From: Scyliorhinus canicula
Taxonomy: Eukaryota
Assembly (NCBI RefSeq): GCF_902713615.1
Contig: NC_052151.1
Coordinates: 133,223,455 to 133,287,454 of the forward strand
Direction of reading: 5' to 3'
Length of the DNA stretch: 64,000 nucleotides
Every line of letters starts with the position of its first letter. The first letter of the stretch is position 1. The position numbers were made by a program, and so were the translations under genes. This document shows, piece by piece, positions 12,472-25,620 of the stretch. The notes under the pieces were generated by a model, which was not told the origin of the DNA, made no database searches, and saw nothing but the letters and a program-made list of their open reading frames with translations.

Positions 12472-12596
12472 CCAGGTATTCTGTCCATGGCTCATGTGCA
12501 CCATCTGACACCTTTGCCCGCCCTTATGTTTACAGCTGTAATTGCTTTGATAATGTTAATCCCAGGGGATTTTGCATCAATTGTCAATTATTTCAG
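12472..12596 (+). CDS. SLC7 light-chain amino-acid transporter (b0,+AT/arpAT-like), third-last coding exon
   Basis: Pyrimidine tract plus CAG acceptor, GTTTGT donor. Encodes PGILSMAHVHHLTPLPALMFTAVIALIMLIPGDFASIVNYFS, matching the LAT-family LTPxPA...PGD..VNYFS motif. Not in the ORF track in this frame. Confidence 0.9.
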
Positions 12597-13434
12597 GTTT
12601 GTGCTGAAGTTTTTTTAAAGTTATCTATAAATATATTTAATTCCTGAAATTCCCACATGAGTGTTCCAGTCCCCCACCATAACTTTGGTGGAATCTTTCC
12701 AAAAAAGGTTTCAGATCCACTGCAATCTAACTATTCCAGTCTCCTGCTGGTGTTATGCTAAAAGATCTTGCAGTTTGTGGTTTGTATAAATGATTTACCC
12801 ATTCTGTGACGACCCTGACTCTGAGACTGACCCGGAGTTAAATCTGAGTCAGGAGTCCGTCACGTAACCATACCTTTGATTATTTACATGGACAGCCTCC
12901 CTGCATCTTCACTGTTCCATCAGCAAAATAATTATCAACTAAACATTTGAGAACACTTTCTGAATTGCCAATCAAACAATTAATCTCAACTGAAGATACC
13001 ATATGAAACACCTATACTCGAATAATCTCTGGATACAGCATAATTCCCAAAATGGGATGTTTGGGTCTAGTAAATGCCACACAGTCAGCTGAATTCCTAA
13101 AATGTGCTCTAGCAGAGCAAATCCCAGTGCCAAGAGTGCTGAAGATTAAAATTTATCCCAAGATGTACTGTCAAATTTAAACAGAAATTTACACTGTCTA
13201 AGGCTAGTCCAAAAGATCTGTAAGGAGTACCTAATATTTGGTTGGATCCCTGAACAACAAGTCAATTTTCCACATATATATATATACCTAGTGGGCAAGG
13301 CACTATGATACAAGTGCATATTTGGAACATAAGTCAAAATACATTACTTTCTTAAACAATTTGTTTTTGATGTTGTACAGACTCTGCTAGAACCTCTGTT
13401 TATACATTAACTATGTATTTTTCTTCCCTCAAAG

Positions 13435-13519
13435 TTTTATAGCTTGGATTTTTTATAGTCTAACGTTTGCCGCATTGGTGAAAATGAAAATTAAGAAGTT
13501 ACGGATTCAGTCCTTCAAA
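13435..13519 (+). CDS. SLC7 transporter, penultimate coding exon
   Basis: Acceptor TTCTTCCCTCAAAG, donor GTAAGG. Phase-compatible with both neighbours. Encodes (S)FIAWIFYSLTFAALVKMKIKKLRIQSFK. Confidence 0.85.
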
Positions 13520-14815
13520 GTAAGGTTTATTTTAATACAATTACTTTCATGCAAGTACATTAATGTTCACCATTTATAACAGCAGTTTCAATTATTTGTT
13601 ACATCAAATACAATTTTCCATTTGGCATACCGCAAACATACATCATACCTTGTGGTTATTGATTCACTATTGAAATTCTCAGATGAAGGAAAAGAAAAGC
13701 CTGTATTTTTGAGCGGGATTGAATTTAATTTTAGTTTCATTTTGAATTCTGCCTTGGAGATCCTAAATTTTCTGTGCAGTCAATTCCAATTAATTCAATG
13801 TAGAATAATATATTTTGTCTGCTTTATCTGTATTGTTTCAGTCAAACTTATAGTTTGCTTAAATTTTGATATAGAATAGAAATTATATTGTACTAATTGG
13901 AGTAGCCACCGAAGTAGAGATGAAATTGTACATCTCAGAAGCTGATATATTTCCCTGAACTATACTGATCTCACAGGCCCGACTGGAAGCCTGCACTAAA
14001 ACAGATCAATTTGTACTCTTCCAATGCAAGAATCAATTCAAAATATACTTGCCAGACCTATCAATTCGCCAACATCACCAGGCACAACAAATGCATTGCA
14101 TTACAGATTCTCTCCGCACCCTTCCCTATTGCCAGACAATGCAAACAAATGTATCACAGAGCAGATGCCATCTTCTACTAGTGCATCCTAAATTGCACCA
14201 AGTCCCATTTATTCATCACGCCTGTGTTTGATGCCGTACATTGGCTCCGGACCATCAACACCTTGAAATTGTCATACTTGTTCAAGTCCCTCTAGGGACT
14301 CACCTGTGCTTTTCTCAGTAAACTCCTCTAGCCTATCTCTGCACTCCTCCAATTCAATTGCTCCACCACTGGCAACCATGTATTTAACTGCTGAGATCCT
14401 AACTTTGGGAATTCCCAACCTAAACCTCACTTTCCACCTTAAAACCTATCTCTTTGGTTAAGCTTTTGTTCATCTCGCCTGACATCTCCTTAAGAGGCTG
14501 AGTCAAAATTTGTTTAATAATACTCCTATGAGGGGGATGAATGGTTGTGCAGTGGTTAGCACTGCTGCCTTACAGTGCTGAGGACCCGGGTCACTGTCGA
14601 TTTGGAGTTTGCACATTCTCACCGTATCCTCACTGCAACTAATATCATTCTTCTCAGTATCCAAAAACAATAACTTGAATTTATTAGTGTATTTAGCATT
14701 GAAAATATTCCAAGGTGCTTCACAGAATTGTGATTACCCCAAAAGAGCTCAAGACTCATCAAGTAAGGAAATTTTAGAGGGGGTCACTCAAAGCTTGCTC
14801 GAAGAAGTGGGCTTT

Positions 14816-15021
14816 GCAGGTAGCATGGTGGTGCAGTGGTTAGCACTGCTGCCTCATGGCACCAAGGACCCGGGTTCAATCCCGGCCCCGGGTCACTGTC
14901 CCTGTGGAATTTGCACATTCTCCCAGTGTCTGTGTGGGTCTCACCCCCAAAACCCAAAGATGTTCAGGGTAGGTGGGTTGGCCACGCTAAATTACTCCTT
15001 AATTGGGAAAAAAAATACTAA
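14816..15021 (+). mobile_element. Short HE1/V-type SINE with A-rich end
   Basis: tRNA-like head plus central domain, and a 14-bp TSD AAGAAGTGGGCTTT (14802-14815, 15022-15035). Confidence 0.85.
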
Positions 15022-15424
15022 AAGAAGTGGGCTTTAAGGAGTGCCTTAGAAAAAGGGAAGGGAGGCAGAGAGATTTAATGAGTGTATTACATGTCACATG
15101 ACTGAAGGCAGGACAACTGGTGGTGCGGATGCACAAGGGACCAGAGTTGGAGAAATGCAGAGTTCTAGGAGTGTAGACGATTACAGAAGATGGGAGGGCT
15201 AAGACCATGAAGGGATTGAAACTAGAGGATTAGGAGTGCTGAGCGACTGGCGATCAGTGTTGTCATTGAGGAATAGGATTGTTGTGGCACAGAAAGCCCA
15301 TCTTGTCTATGCTGGTTCTTTGCAATAGCACCTCAACTAGTCCCACACCCTGCCCAATCCCACAGCTCTGCAAACCTTTCCCTTTTCTGTATTTATTCAT
15401 AGCATTTCATTTTAATTATCTATT

Positions 15425-16670
15425 TATCTGGGTCCCAAGTCTCTGGGTTTCCACTGTTTGGCTTTTCACCATTTAGAAAGCATTCAGTTCTAACCTTTTT
15501 AGGTCCAAAGTTGGTAACCATACAGTTACTACAGTTTTGCAAATCATTTAATCTAGCAATATATTTTTGTAATTTATTGTTTCCAGCTGCACTGCTAACA
15601 AATGTTGCCTATCTTTTGCCATCAGCAAATGTGGAATATAGCTTTATATTACATCATCTAAATCATTAAGGAGAACCGTTGTGGTCTCAATACAGATTGT
15701 TAATCACATCTTGCCACTTTAAGTGTCTTTTTATTATCTTCCCTCTCTGTCCCCTGCTGGTTAACCAATTCCCTAACTATGTTGATAAATTGCCTTCAAT
15801 TCCATAGGCTTCAACTTTAGCCAAGTTTTTTTTGAGGGACTTTGTCAAATGGCTTCTGGAAGTCCATATAAATAATATCCATAGACAGTCCCCTGTTCAC
15901 TACCTTAGTTACCTTTTCAAAAGAATTAATGCTGCTCTCTCTGATCATCTGAAAAATGTAAAGATGTTCAGTTACCCTATCCTTGCTTTACACTATAGTA
16001 ATTTCCTGACAATTTTCTAATCTTAAAGGAACAGTTCCCAAATCGAGAGAACTTTGGAGGATTATGGCTAGCGCGATCAACAACATTCTGACCATTCCTT
16101 TAAAACCCTGGTACTGAAACCATATGGTCTTGGGACGTAGTGCCATTATTTCCTTCATTACTTTTATTTTGCTTACATTAATTTTGGCAAGTCCCTGTCA
16201 CCAATTCAATGGGATTTCTGCCATACTGACCTCTTCCTCTACAGTAAATACTAATGCAAAGACATTACTCAGTATGTCTGCCATTTCCATATTTTCATTG
16301 ACAATTTCACCATTATCAGTTTTACAGGGCCCTCTTTTTCCTAATATAGTCATAAACTTATATTGATATCAATATTCCTTACAAATTTAGTTTCAGACTC
16401 ATTTTTGTTGACTTTCCTAATCTGTTTTGTAACCCTATGCTGTTCTGTGTTCTTCCCCATTTATGGGTATATCTTTTTCCTGAATTTTTAAACGCCTTTC
16501 CATCTAGTTTTATGTTGTCTCTCCTGTCTTTAGTTGCCCGCTGCTGTTTTTTTAAGCAAGTAGAGCTCTTTCCCCTTGGGGTTATAAACAATTTCTGCAT
16601 CACAAATTATTTTTTGAACACCTCCCACTGATCGTGTGTTGTGATATCCATTAACAAACATGCTCAGTTT
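15425..16670 (-). mobile_element. Old CR1-like LINE remnant
   Basis: Degenerate reverse-strand YMDFQKPFDKV motif near 15835-15870 and other CR1 ORF2-like segments. Confidence 0.55.
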
Positions 16671-16674
16671 TAAG

Positions 16675-16890
16675 AAATAAATTTGGAGTACTCAATGCTT
16701 TTTTTTCCATTTAAGGGGCAATTTAGTGTGGCCAACCCACCTACTCTGCACATCTTTTTGGGTTGTGGGGGTGAGACCCACGCGGACACGGGGAGAATGT
16801 GCAAACTCCACACGGTCAGTGACCCGGGGCCAGGATCGAACCCGGAACCTCAGTGCCGTGAGGCAGTAGTGCTAACCATGGTGCCACCGT
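16675..16890 (-). mobile_element. Short HE1/V-type SINE
   Basis: Reverse complement of the family at 14816 and 35228. Confidence 0.8.
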
Positions 16891-17315
16891 TCTGTTCAAA
16901 CTTACTCAGTTTCTGACTATCGTATTGAAATTGGACTTATCTAAATTTAGTAGTTCTTTCGCATTTCTCCCTTTCAAGAACGTGATCACATTATGATCAT
17001 TATTAGATTAATGTTCAGCAGGTTATGCTGGGTGAACAGCAGTTGGTGTGGGATCGGATGTTGGATGCAGATTTTGGATTGACTGTAATTTACTGAAATT
17101 GAGGAAAGGGAGGACAGACCATTGGAATTGTTAGGTTTGGTGGTGACAGAGATGTGAATGAGAGGTTTAGGAGCTGATGTGAAGACAGGTGAGAATAATG
17201 AGATAGTGTTCTCTGTGATAAAGAGGATGTGGGGTTATAAAATCAGCTTAGGATCAAATAGGATGATGATGTTACAACATGAGACTACGAGGGGGGTGGA
17301 ATTAGTGTGAAGGAC

Positions 17316-17317
<2 letters not shown>

Positions 17318-17348
<31 letters not shown>
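17318..17348. repeat. (GT)n microsatellite
   Basis: Uninterrupted TG run. Confidence 0.95.
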
Positions 17349-18193
17349 TGACCAAAAGACAATAGCTTCAATCTCCCCAATGTTTAACTAGAGGATATTA
17401 CAAATTATCTGGGTTTGGGTGTCAGATAAGCAGTAGTAGGGCTGAAAGACATAATCAGTTTCAGTTTGCTCCCTTGCCCACAGCTACTTGTGAGAAAGGG
17501 AGAGGGGCGCTGTGCAGGGTGCTGTCAGTCGATGCAGAGTTGAAATTCATGGGAGAAAAGTAAGAGTAAAAAGGTGGCAGCAGCTTCCTTGGAAAGTTCG
17601 AGGGGATGCGAACTGAAGATGCACAGGCAGAGATATGTTTTACTGGTAGCATGATTCCAGATGCAAGTCCGGTTGGAATGCTGAGGCATATTAGAACCTC
17701 CTACCAACAATGAAAGAATTACACTGTGTTACGATCCAAGACAAGGTCCCAACTAGCTAGGATACTGGACCAAAACCCCAATATTTTAATTAATTTCAGT
17801 CTGGAAAGAATGATTTGCTCCAGGGGTGATTGCATGAAAAAAAGGGCTTTGGTATTTTTTAAATAAAACTTTACTATGAGTACAATATTAAAATTTTTAC
17901 TTCACACCCGAAAGAAGCAGTGTATAGTTACCCCTTAACAAAACTATACAATTTCCCACTAAACAACAAGAAAAGAAATATACAGCTCTTAATCCAGTTT
18001 AAAATTATAAACCTGATTTGGCTCCAGTTGGAACCACTTTAGGCTCTGGCTGAACATTTTCAAAAAACTGCTTCAAATAGATTATTTCTGCCTCTTCTAT
18101 GTCTTCAGGGAAGAATGCTCTGCTTTCAAATATTATTACTGTTTTTTAAACTAATCTTACTTGGAAAGAATTGTGGACTCAGAGTCAGGCCGA

Positions 18194-19817
18194 TCATAGA
18201 TACATAGAAGGTAGGAGCTGGAGGAGGATTTTTGGCCCTTTGAGCCAAAAGGGCTCCATTTATCGTGATCATGGCTGATCATCCAACTCAATAGCCTAAT
18301 GCTGCTTTCTCCCCATAACCTTGATTTCATTCACCCCAAGTGCTATATCTAGCCACCTCTTGAATATATTCAATGTTTTAGCATCAACTACATCCTGCGG
18401 TAATGAATTCCACAGGCTCACCACACTTTGAGTGAAGAAATGTCTCCTTATCTCTGTCCGAAATGGTTTACCCTGACTCCTCAGACTGTGATCCCTGGTT
18501 CTGGACACACCCATCATTGGTAACATCCTCCCTGCATCTACCCTGTCTCGTCCTGTTAGAATTTTAGAAGTCTCTATGAGATCCCCCCTCATTCTTCTGA
18601 ACTCCAGTGAGAACAATCCTAAACTAGTCAATCTCTCCTCATATGACAGTCCCACCATCCTGGAATCAGTCCGGTAAACCTTCGCTGCACTCCCTCGAGA
18701 GCAAGAACGTCCTTGCTCGGAAAAGGAGAGCAAAACTGCACACAATATTCTAGGTGTGGCCTCACCAAGGCCCTGTATAATTGCAACAACAGATCCCTGC
18801 TCCTGTACTTGAAATCCCTCGCAATAAATGCCAACATACCATTAGCCTTCTTTACTGCCTGCTGCACCTGCATGCTTACCTTCAGCGACTGGTGCACAAG
18901 GAAACCCAGGTCCCGCTGCACACTCCCCTCTCCCAATTTACAACCATTCCAGTAGTAATCTGCCATCCTGTTTTTACTTCAAAGTGAATAACCTCACACT
19001 TATCCAAATTATACTGCATCTGCCATTGATTTGCCCACTCACCCAACCTGTCCAGATTGTGCTATAGCAGGGGTGGGCAAACTTTTCCTTGCAAGGGCCA
19101 CATTCAGAAATTCACAATTTTAAAGGGCCGCATAGTATATTAAGTAAAATAATTACTTCACCCGATTATGATTCTGGGCGCCTCATATAGAACATATCGG
19201 CCCTCGACGTTGTGCCGAGCAATGATCACCCTACTCAAGTCAACGTATCCATCCTATACCAGTAAGTAACCCAACAGCCCCCCCCCCCATTAACCTTAAA
19301 AAAAATTAAAAATTAAAAAAAAAAAATTAAAATTTTTTTTTTAAAAAAATGACTTGGTGGGCCGCATAAAGACCTTTGGCGGGCCGTATGCGGCCCGCGG
19401 GCCATAGTTTGCCCACCCCTGTGCTATAGGATCTCTGCATCCTCATCACAGTTCACCCTGCAACACAACTTGGTATCATCTGCAAACTTTGAGATGTTAC
19501 ATTTTGTTCCCTCATCCAAATCATTAATATATGTTGTGAATAGCTGGGGTCCCAGCACCAATGCCTGTGGCACCCCACTAGTTACTATCTGCCAATTTGA
19601 AAAGTACCCATTAATTCCTACTCTTTGTTTCCTCCTTGCCAACCAGTTTTTTATCCACCTCAATACATTACCCCCAATCCCATACGCTTTAATCTTGCAC
19701 AATAATCTCTTATGCGGGACTTTATCAAATGCCTTCAGAAAGTCCAAATATACCACATTGACTGGCTCCCCCTTGTCAATTTGTACTAGTTACATCTTCA
19801 AAGAATTCCAACAGATC
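18194..19817 (-). mobile_element. CR1 LINE 3' portion (RT to tail), degenerate
   Basis: VYLDFLKAFDKVPH, SGVPQALVLGP, SKFADDTK, LYRALVRPHLEYCVQF, RMRGDLIE, LWNSLP. Confidence 0.9.
19068..19421. mobile_element. hAT (Charlie/Buster-type) MITE inserted in CR1
   Basis: Perfect 16-bp TIRs CAGGGGTGGGCAAACT and a perfect 8-bp TSD TGCTATAG (19060-19067, 19422-19429) with central TA. Confidence 0.92.
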
Positions 19818-20282
19818 AGAACTCATCCCCTCTCTTAAAGCTTCTCCAAACGCTCTGCCTTTCTGGGCTCCACCCAGCAATGACTTCATCTCCCCAAGCG
19901 AAAAAAAACCGAAATATCTCCGCAACTGTAAAAGCACATTACCCCCCCCCCCCCCCTAGTAAAACCAGTCTGTTGGCCCAGACTGAAAAACACATTCCTT
20001 TGTCAATTTCACCTGCTATTCCCTGGAAGCAAAACCATGATCACTGCAGCCACTCACTACACCCCCAGGCTTTTAACTTAAAGTGTCCAATATTTAGACG
20101 CCAACATTCCTAAAATCCTCCAATCCTCACAACTGTCGCAGAATATATATATATATATTGTAACAGTTACTGCCTGCATTTTAAAAATCCTAAAATTTGC
20201 TACGTGTAATGAGATGGCAGAGCAAAAAGAAAATCAAGGTATTATAATGTATTTATTGAAAACTTTCTCTCTTCACTTCTAG

Positions 20283-20516
20283 GTAACGATGCTTATTCCA
20301 GTGTTCTTGCTAATTATTTCAGTCTTCCTGGTGGTGGCGCCAATCATAGGCGATCCTAGGATTGAATACTTGTTTGTTTTTTTGTTCCTATTGAGCGGTC
20401 TCCTGGTTTATTTGCTATTGATTCACTTCAAATTATGTGCAGGCTTAATGGACCGGCCCACTGCGTTTTTGCAGTTGCTGCTGGAGGTTGCACCAACAGA
20501 GGCGAACCGAGAGTAA
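20283..20516 (+). CDS. SLC7 transporter, last coding exon (last two TM helices plus C-tail); probable arpAT/SLC7A15 orthologue
   Basis: Acceptor CTTTCTCTCTTCACTTCTAG. Encodes VTMLIPVFLLIISVFLVVAPIIGDPRIEYLFVFLFLLSGLLVYLLLIHFK...TAFLQLLLEVAPTEANRE*, resembling the b0,+AT-type C-terminus. Confidence 0.9.
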   Translation, partial: VTMLIPVFLLIISVFLVVAPIIGDPRIEYLFVFLFLLSGLLVYLLLIHFKLCAGLMDRPTAFLQLLLEVAPTEANRE

Positions 20517-21006
20517 TTGGCCAAGGCTCTAAATATTACAAATGCTGGAATCACAAACAAAAACGGCCAATACTGGAAAGACGCAGTTCTTAAGGCTTGG
20601 TTCGTGGAGAGAACAGGATGCTTAAGCACCATCTTGTTATTCAAAGATGTTCCTCAGAGGGAGGGTTGATTTGCTGTTTGCATTATTTATGGTGAAATCG
20701 CTCATGCAGTTACAAACGACAAATGTATGATTCAGCTACAAATAGCTTGGAGAGAAACAGTTCCTTAACAAACTGCACTGGTGCAAAACGAAAGCCATTC
20801 ACTTAAAAAAAAACTATGCAATCCACCTCAAGTCAGTTCATGAGAACAGTCCAGGGTGCGATTCTCCATCTATTGTTCCTTTTATCACGGCACTTCTGTT
20901 ATTGTGCCACTGACAAATGGTAAATTCTGGGTTAAGAATGTGCAGACTTGGGAGTAGCTTGCACTGTAGCATTCTATGTTATAAAAATATCATTTAATTT
21001 TAAACG

Positions 21007-21012
21007 AATAAA
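21007..21012 (+). terminator. Candidate polyadenylation signal of the SLC7 gene
   Basis: AATAAA about 490 nt after the stop, with a second at 21102-21107. Confidence 0.4.
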
Positions 21013-21726
21013 AATGTTACTTTCCTCTAAGAAAACATCTTTAACACATTTGATGAGCCGGTATATGTGTTATGTTGGTGAAATACTGATTACACTAATG
21101 AAATAAAATGATATAAATGACCCAAAGCAAAGAGGAATTGTGATGTTGGTGCTACCCCTGCCTTTCCAATGCAAATTAGGTGAGTGCGGAATGCGAGGAG
21201 AAGCCCAACGTGCAAACTGTAGTTATAGACATAAATTTCACATTGCCATCAGATGTTTCATCTTCAGAACTGCCCATGTTGTCAGCATTCTCTCCGGCTT
21301 TGCTTTTGTTCATTTGTATTATTTATTTAACCATATATATTATTAATTACTGTTTGCAATTACTTGTCAACGCCAAATCTAATGTGAATGTTTCAGAGCT
21401 GATTTTTCCCAGGCGTTATCAATATGCAAGACCACACGTGTGGGATTTCTGACGTCAACTCCATTGTGTAGCCATTGTAAAGCTCCCAGACCAATTGACC
21501 CTGTGCTGGCAGCTCTCTTGTCAGTAGGAGGAGCCAGCTCCAGCCCCAAGGCTGCATTCACTATTTAAAAGGACTGCTTCATTGTTGTTGGGCAGAAAAC
21601 TCAATCGGGTGATGCAGATCGCTTTAGTATGCGGATACTGTCTTGGAGGTATTCTGAAATGTAACAAACGGTAATTGCCCTGTTGGAAGCCCTCGTGCAT
21701 TTGCTCCATTTGCTTGTTAAAACGCG

Positions 21727-22073
21727 GGGCAGCACGGTAGCATTGTGGATAGCACAATTGCTTCACAGCTCCAGGGTCCCAGGTTCGATTCCAACTTGGG
21801 TTACTGTCTGTGCGGAGTCTGCACATCCTCCCCGTGTGTGCGTGGGTTTCCTCTGGGTGCTCCGGTTTCCTCCCACAGTCCAAAGATGCGCAGGTTAGGT
21901 GGATTGGCCATGATAAATTGCCCTTAGTGTCCAAAAATTGCCCTTGGAGTTGGGTGGGGTTATTGGGTTATGGGGATAGGGTGGAGGTGTTGACCTTGGG
22001 TAGGGTGCTCTTTCCAAGAGTCGGTGCAGACTCGATGGGCCGAATGGCCTCCTTCTGCACTGTAAATTCTATG
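21727..22073 (+). mobile_element. Full-length HE1/V-type SINE with CR1-like tail
   Basis: GGGCAGCACGGTAGC...GGTTCGATTCC head, TGCGTGGGTTTCCTCTGGGTGCTCCGGTTTCCTCCCACAGTCCAAAGA core, GGGCCGAATGGCCTCCTTCTGCACTGTAAATTCTATG tail. Confidence 0.9.
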
Positions 22074-22892
22074 AAAATCTCCTTTAGTCCATGCTCCCAA
22101 TAAACTGCCCTCCCTTTTCGACTGGGACTTCATCAGCCAAGATCCTGTCTGATGTTTGACCAACCGTTGTGTGTGGATGAATTGAACACTTGCATGCTAA
22201 CTAACCACTGAAATAAATCACCTGTTCTAATTTGCAAATTGCCGTCGATTTTCATATAAAAGGAGTTATTTTAACAAGTACACTTTTGAATATCCAGAAT
22301 ATCATACGCAACACATTATAGATGAACATTTGGTCAGGCATTCTCTCAATTTCCCATCTATCACCTCTGAGTTTTAACTCTCTAACATATCTATCAAATT
22401 GGTTCATACCGCTTTTTATCAGTGGGTGGCGCTCTTGTTCAGCTTGGGTGTTTTTCCAGTAGCGAACTTTGTAAAGCAGTGTTATTTGCTGAGATAAAAA
22501 CAGGAAGAATTCTACAGGTTTCACTGGTCAGAAAATCATACTTCCCATTAAAGAATTGAAGTTGCGGCAAACAGAAGTGCTGTCATATGATGAGATTTTA
22601 TTTTTGTACAGAAAACATCACGGAACTGTTGGCCAGTTACACCCCATAGATTAGATTCAAAGCGATTTTGGTCTTGCCTACAAGCTTGAGGAGGATGTTA
22701 TTTTATATATTCACTCGTGGGATGTGGGCGTCGCTGACTAATCCAACATTTATTGCCCATCTGTAATTTCTCTTTCGACTCAACTTTTGCTTTACACTGG
22801 CTATAGTATACAATTAGGGGAATTTTAATACCATACTCAGTTCCTCAACAGCAATCACATGCATGTCACTGTATCAAGTAACTCGAGCATAT

Positions 22893-23121
22893 AATGTGGA
22901 GATGCTGGCATTGGATTGGGGTGAGCACAGTAAGAAGTCTTACAACACCAGGTTAAAGTCCAACAGGTTTGTTTTGCATCTGTTTCGCATCACTAGCTTT
23001 CGGAGCACTGCTCCTTCTTCAGGTGATTCACCTGAGGAAGGAGCAATGCTCTGAAAGCTAGTGATTCGAAACAAACCTGTTGGACTTTAACCTGGTGTTG
23101 TAAGACTTCTTACTGTGTTCA
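22893..23121. repeat. Palindromic repeat, probably an inverted Penelope pseudo-LTR pair
   Basis: Arms 22922-23026 and 23028-23121 around a single central T. Each arm has a CTGAnGA-hairpin-GAAA motif. Confidence 0.8.
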
Positions 23122-24600
23122 TGCATATTACACAAACCGTTACATTACACAGAGACTTTTCCTTGCTCATTCTTTAATACAAATAACATAACAAATATTA
23201 AAAATGCACTTGCTGTCTAGAAGTTCACTTTCCATTTTGTACACTTTCTTGACAGCTTACTTCCATTATGAATTCCTGGATCCCTTTTGATAGTGGGCTT
23301 TGCTCATGTAAACTTCTCCCAGTTCTTTGTATAACCAGGCCACTGAGTTCTGAATAAAATGTTTTGGAAGGTCTTCGAATTGTCAGTATTTTCTCAGTGA
23401 GTAAAATTCCAACGTCCGCAAGAATAGTCTAAATAACATATTTAACATGCAAAACAACAATCGTATTCCACAATAACAATTACATTTGTGTATTGAATAG
23501 TCTTTTATGTTTTTGTTAAAGTCTTTTGAACTTTCACTTTGCAATCTCTTCCAAAAGCTTTGGCTTGGATTTGATCATTCTGCTAGAATGGGTGATTTGC
23601 TGAGCTGAATCTGAATTATGGAGAGTACCTGTTTCCTAGGATGCATATGGACCCTTAACACTTCAGCTGCTACCCTTTTAAATAATTTTGAAAAACAAGA
23701 TGTTGCTTCTCAAGAGTTCATTGAGATACAGAGACTGAATGTCTTTATGCAACAACAATTTGACATACATGTTGTAGCTTTGGGAGATTATCATGGTGAG
23801 AGAGAAATGCTGGGCAGTCTATATTCTACATCCTATACATCTTGTACTAAGGAGTTTTCCAATGTTCAGATCGACATGAATAGTTTCCAATAGATGTGTC
23901 TTATTCTTTCCTGTGACTATCTAACTGATTGACAATTCAAATGTGCACTTCCTTCTCATCATATAAATAAATTATTATATTTGTTTACTTGTTAGTGTTT
24001 AAAAAATAACATTTTAAACAATGTTCTGCACCTTCACAAATGTTTTGTAAGAGTGTGTATTGAAGGAATAACAGGAAGTTGTATAACATTTTCTCTTAAT
24101 TCTGGCAGACAAGGAATGGTGGTGCATTTTCATATGACTTTTGCCATTGTGCCTTGTGTTTCTAGACAAAGCAAGGTTTGTTGAACCTGGCCAAACATTT
24201 TTCTTTAAAAAAAACCTCTTTGCCTACCCTTGAAGTGAAAACTATTTTGACTACCCTACACATCTGAATAAACTGCTGACGAGTAAGATCGGGTTTCTGA
24301 AGAATCAGAAATAAATGTACGGTATTTTAAAACGACAAAAGCACTTTGAAAACTACTTAGAGATAAATCCAAAGAAATGTTTTAATTTTAAGTCAGTGCA
24401 ACATATTATTTAAAACAAATGTGACCAACAAAATTATCAAACATTATGCAAATCAAGCAACATCAACAAGAGAGTCAACTGTGTTTTTAAAATTCTCTCA
24501 CATTGAAATCATTCGGAAGTAGACAAGTGAGGAAAATTCCACTGTCTTACCAAAACAGATGCACTCACATTCAGGGCCCTATAATTTAGTACTCAACACA

Positions 24601-24815
24601 AGGGTGGTGCAAATGGTTAGTTAGCACAGTTGCCACATGGCACCAGGTTCGATCCCGACTCTGGGTCACTGTCCGTGTGGATTTTGCACATTCTCCCTGT
24701 GTTTGCATGGGTTTCGCCCCCACTAACCAAAAGATGTGCACGGTAGGTGGATTGGCCACGCTAAATTGCCCTTTAATTGGAAAAAAATTGGATATTCTAA
24801 ATTTATTTTTAAAAA
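24601..24815 (+). mobile_element. Short HE1/V-type SINE
   Basis: Same head, core and A-rich end as 14816 and 35228. Confidence 0.8.
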
Positions 24816-25620
24816 CCCCACTCTAAACTTGTTTCTCATCCCCATTGCCAAAATCTCATCTCTACCTCCAATTTTACTGACATCCAGATATCAAGTTTGC
24901 GGAAAATAAGTTTTACATGACTGAATCCACAGTTAGCAGGTGAGGGCTGTGGAGGAACATGATCAATAAGGGAGGATGGGGAATCATCATCGAAAATATT
25001 AATTTAATTGGGAAAAATGTATTTCGTTGAAACCCAATCAATTTAGGCATGCAATGACTGAATCCACTGGCACTCCGACTAAATTGTCAACACGTTTATA
25101 CAACTACATGGAGAATGAATGCTTCATTCGGGGAAAATGGCATCGGGTGGGAAGTCCACGTTTCCAATTTTCTAATTTAAGGGAATTAATAATAATCACC
25201 CTGCGTTGTTATTTAATGTTTGACAATTGCATCAACGTTTCACACAGGTGGAAGCAGCTCGAAATTATTTAAATTTAGGTTGGATCAATTGTAGTTGGAC
25301 CCCCCCCCACCCCCCGAAAAAAAAGGTTCAATTGTAGTTGGGAGTAGTTTGAAGAATAATTGCTGCCGGCAAACTGGTGGGCCCCGCCCAATTCGTCGAT
25401 AATAAAACGTCCACAACGACATCCCCAAAACGAGTAGCTTTGGGTCTGCTTTACGGCTGGAATGACTTAACATCGTTGACACAAAAAGCAAATGATATAG
25501 GCATTGCAAAAATGTTGGGCTTTTTTTTCACCCGCCTGTGTAAAAACTGCTGTAAAAAGTTTCCCCAGCCGGGAGAAACGAAAGGGTGTTGGGGCTGAGT
25601 TGGCCTCCTTGTCTGGGAGC

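Noticed and set aside
21683-22163. Recurring short ORFs such as GHCLCGVCT...CGFP
   Set aside because: Translations of the same SINE family, not a gene family.
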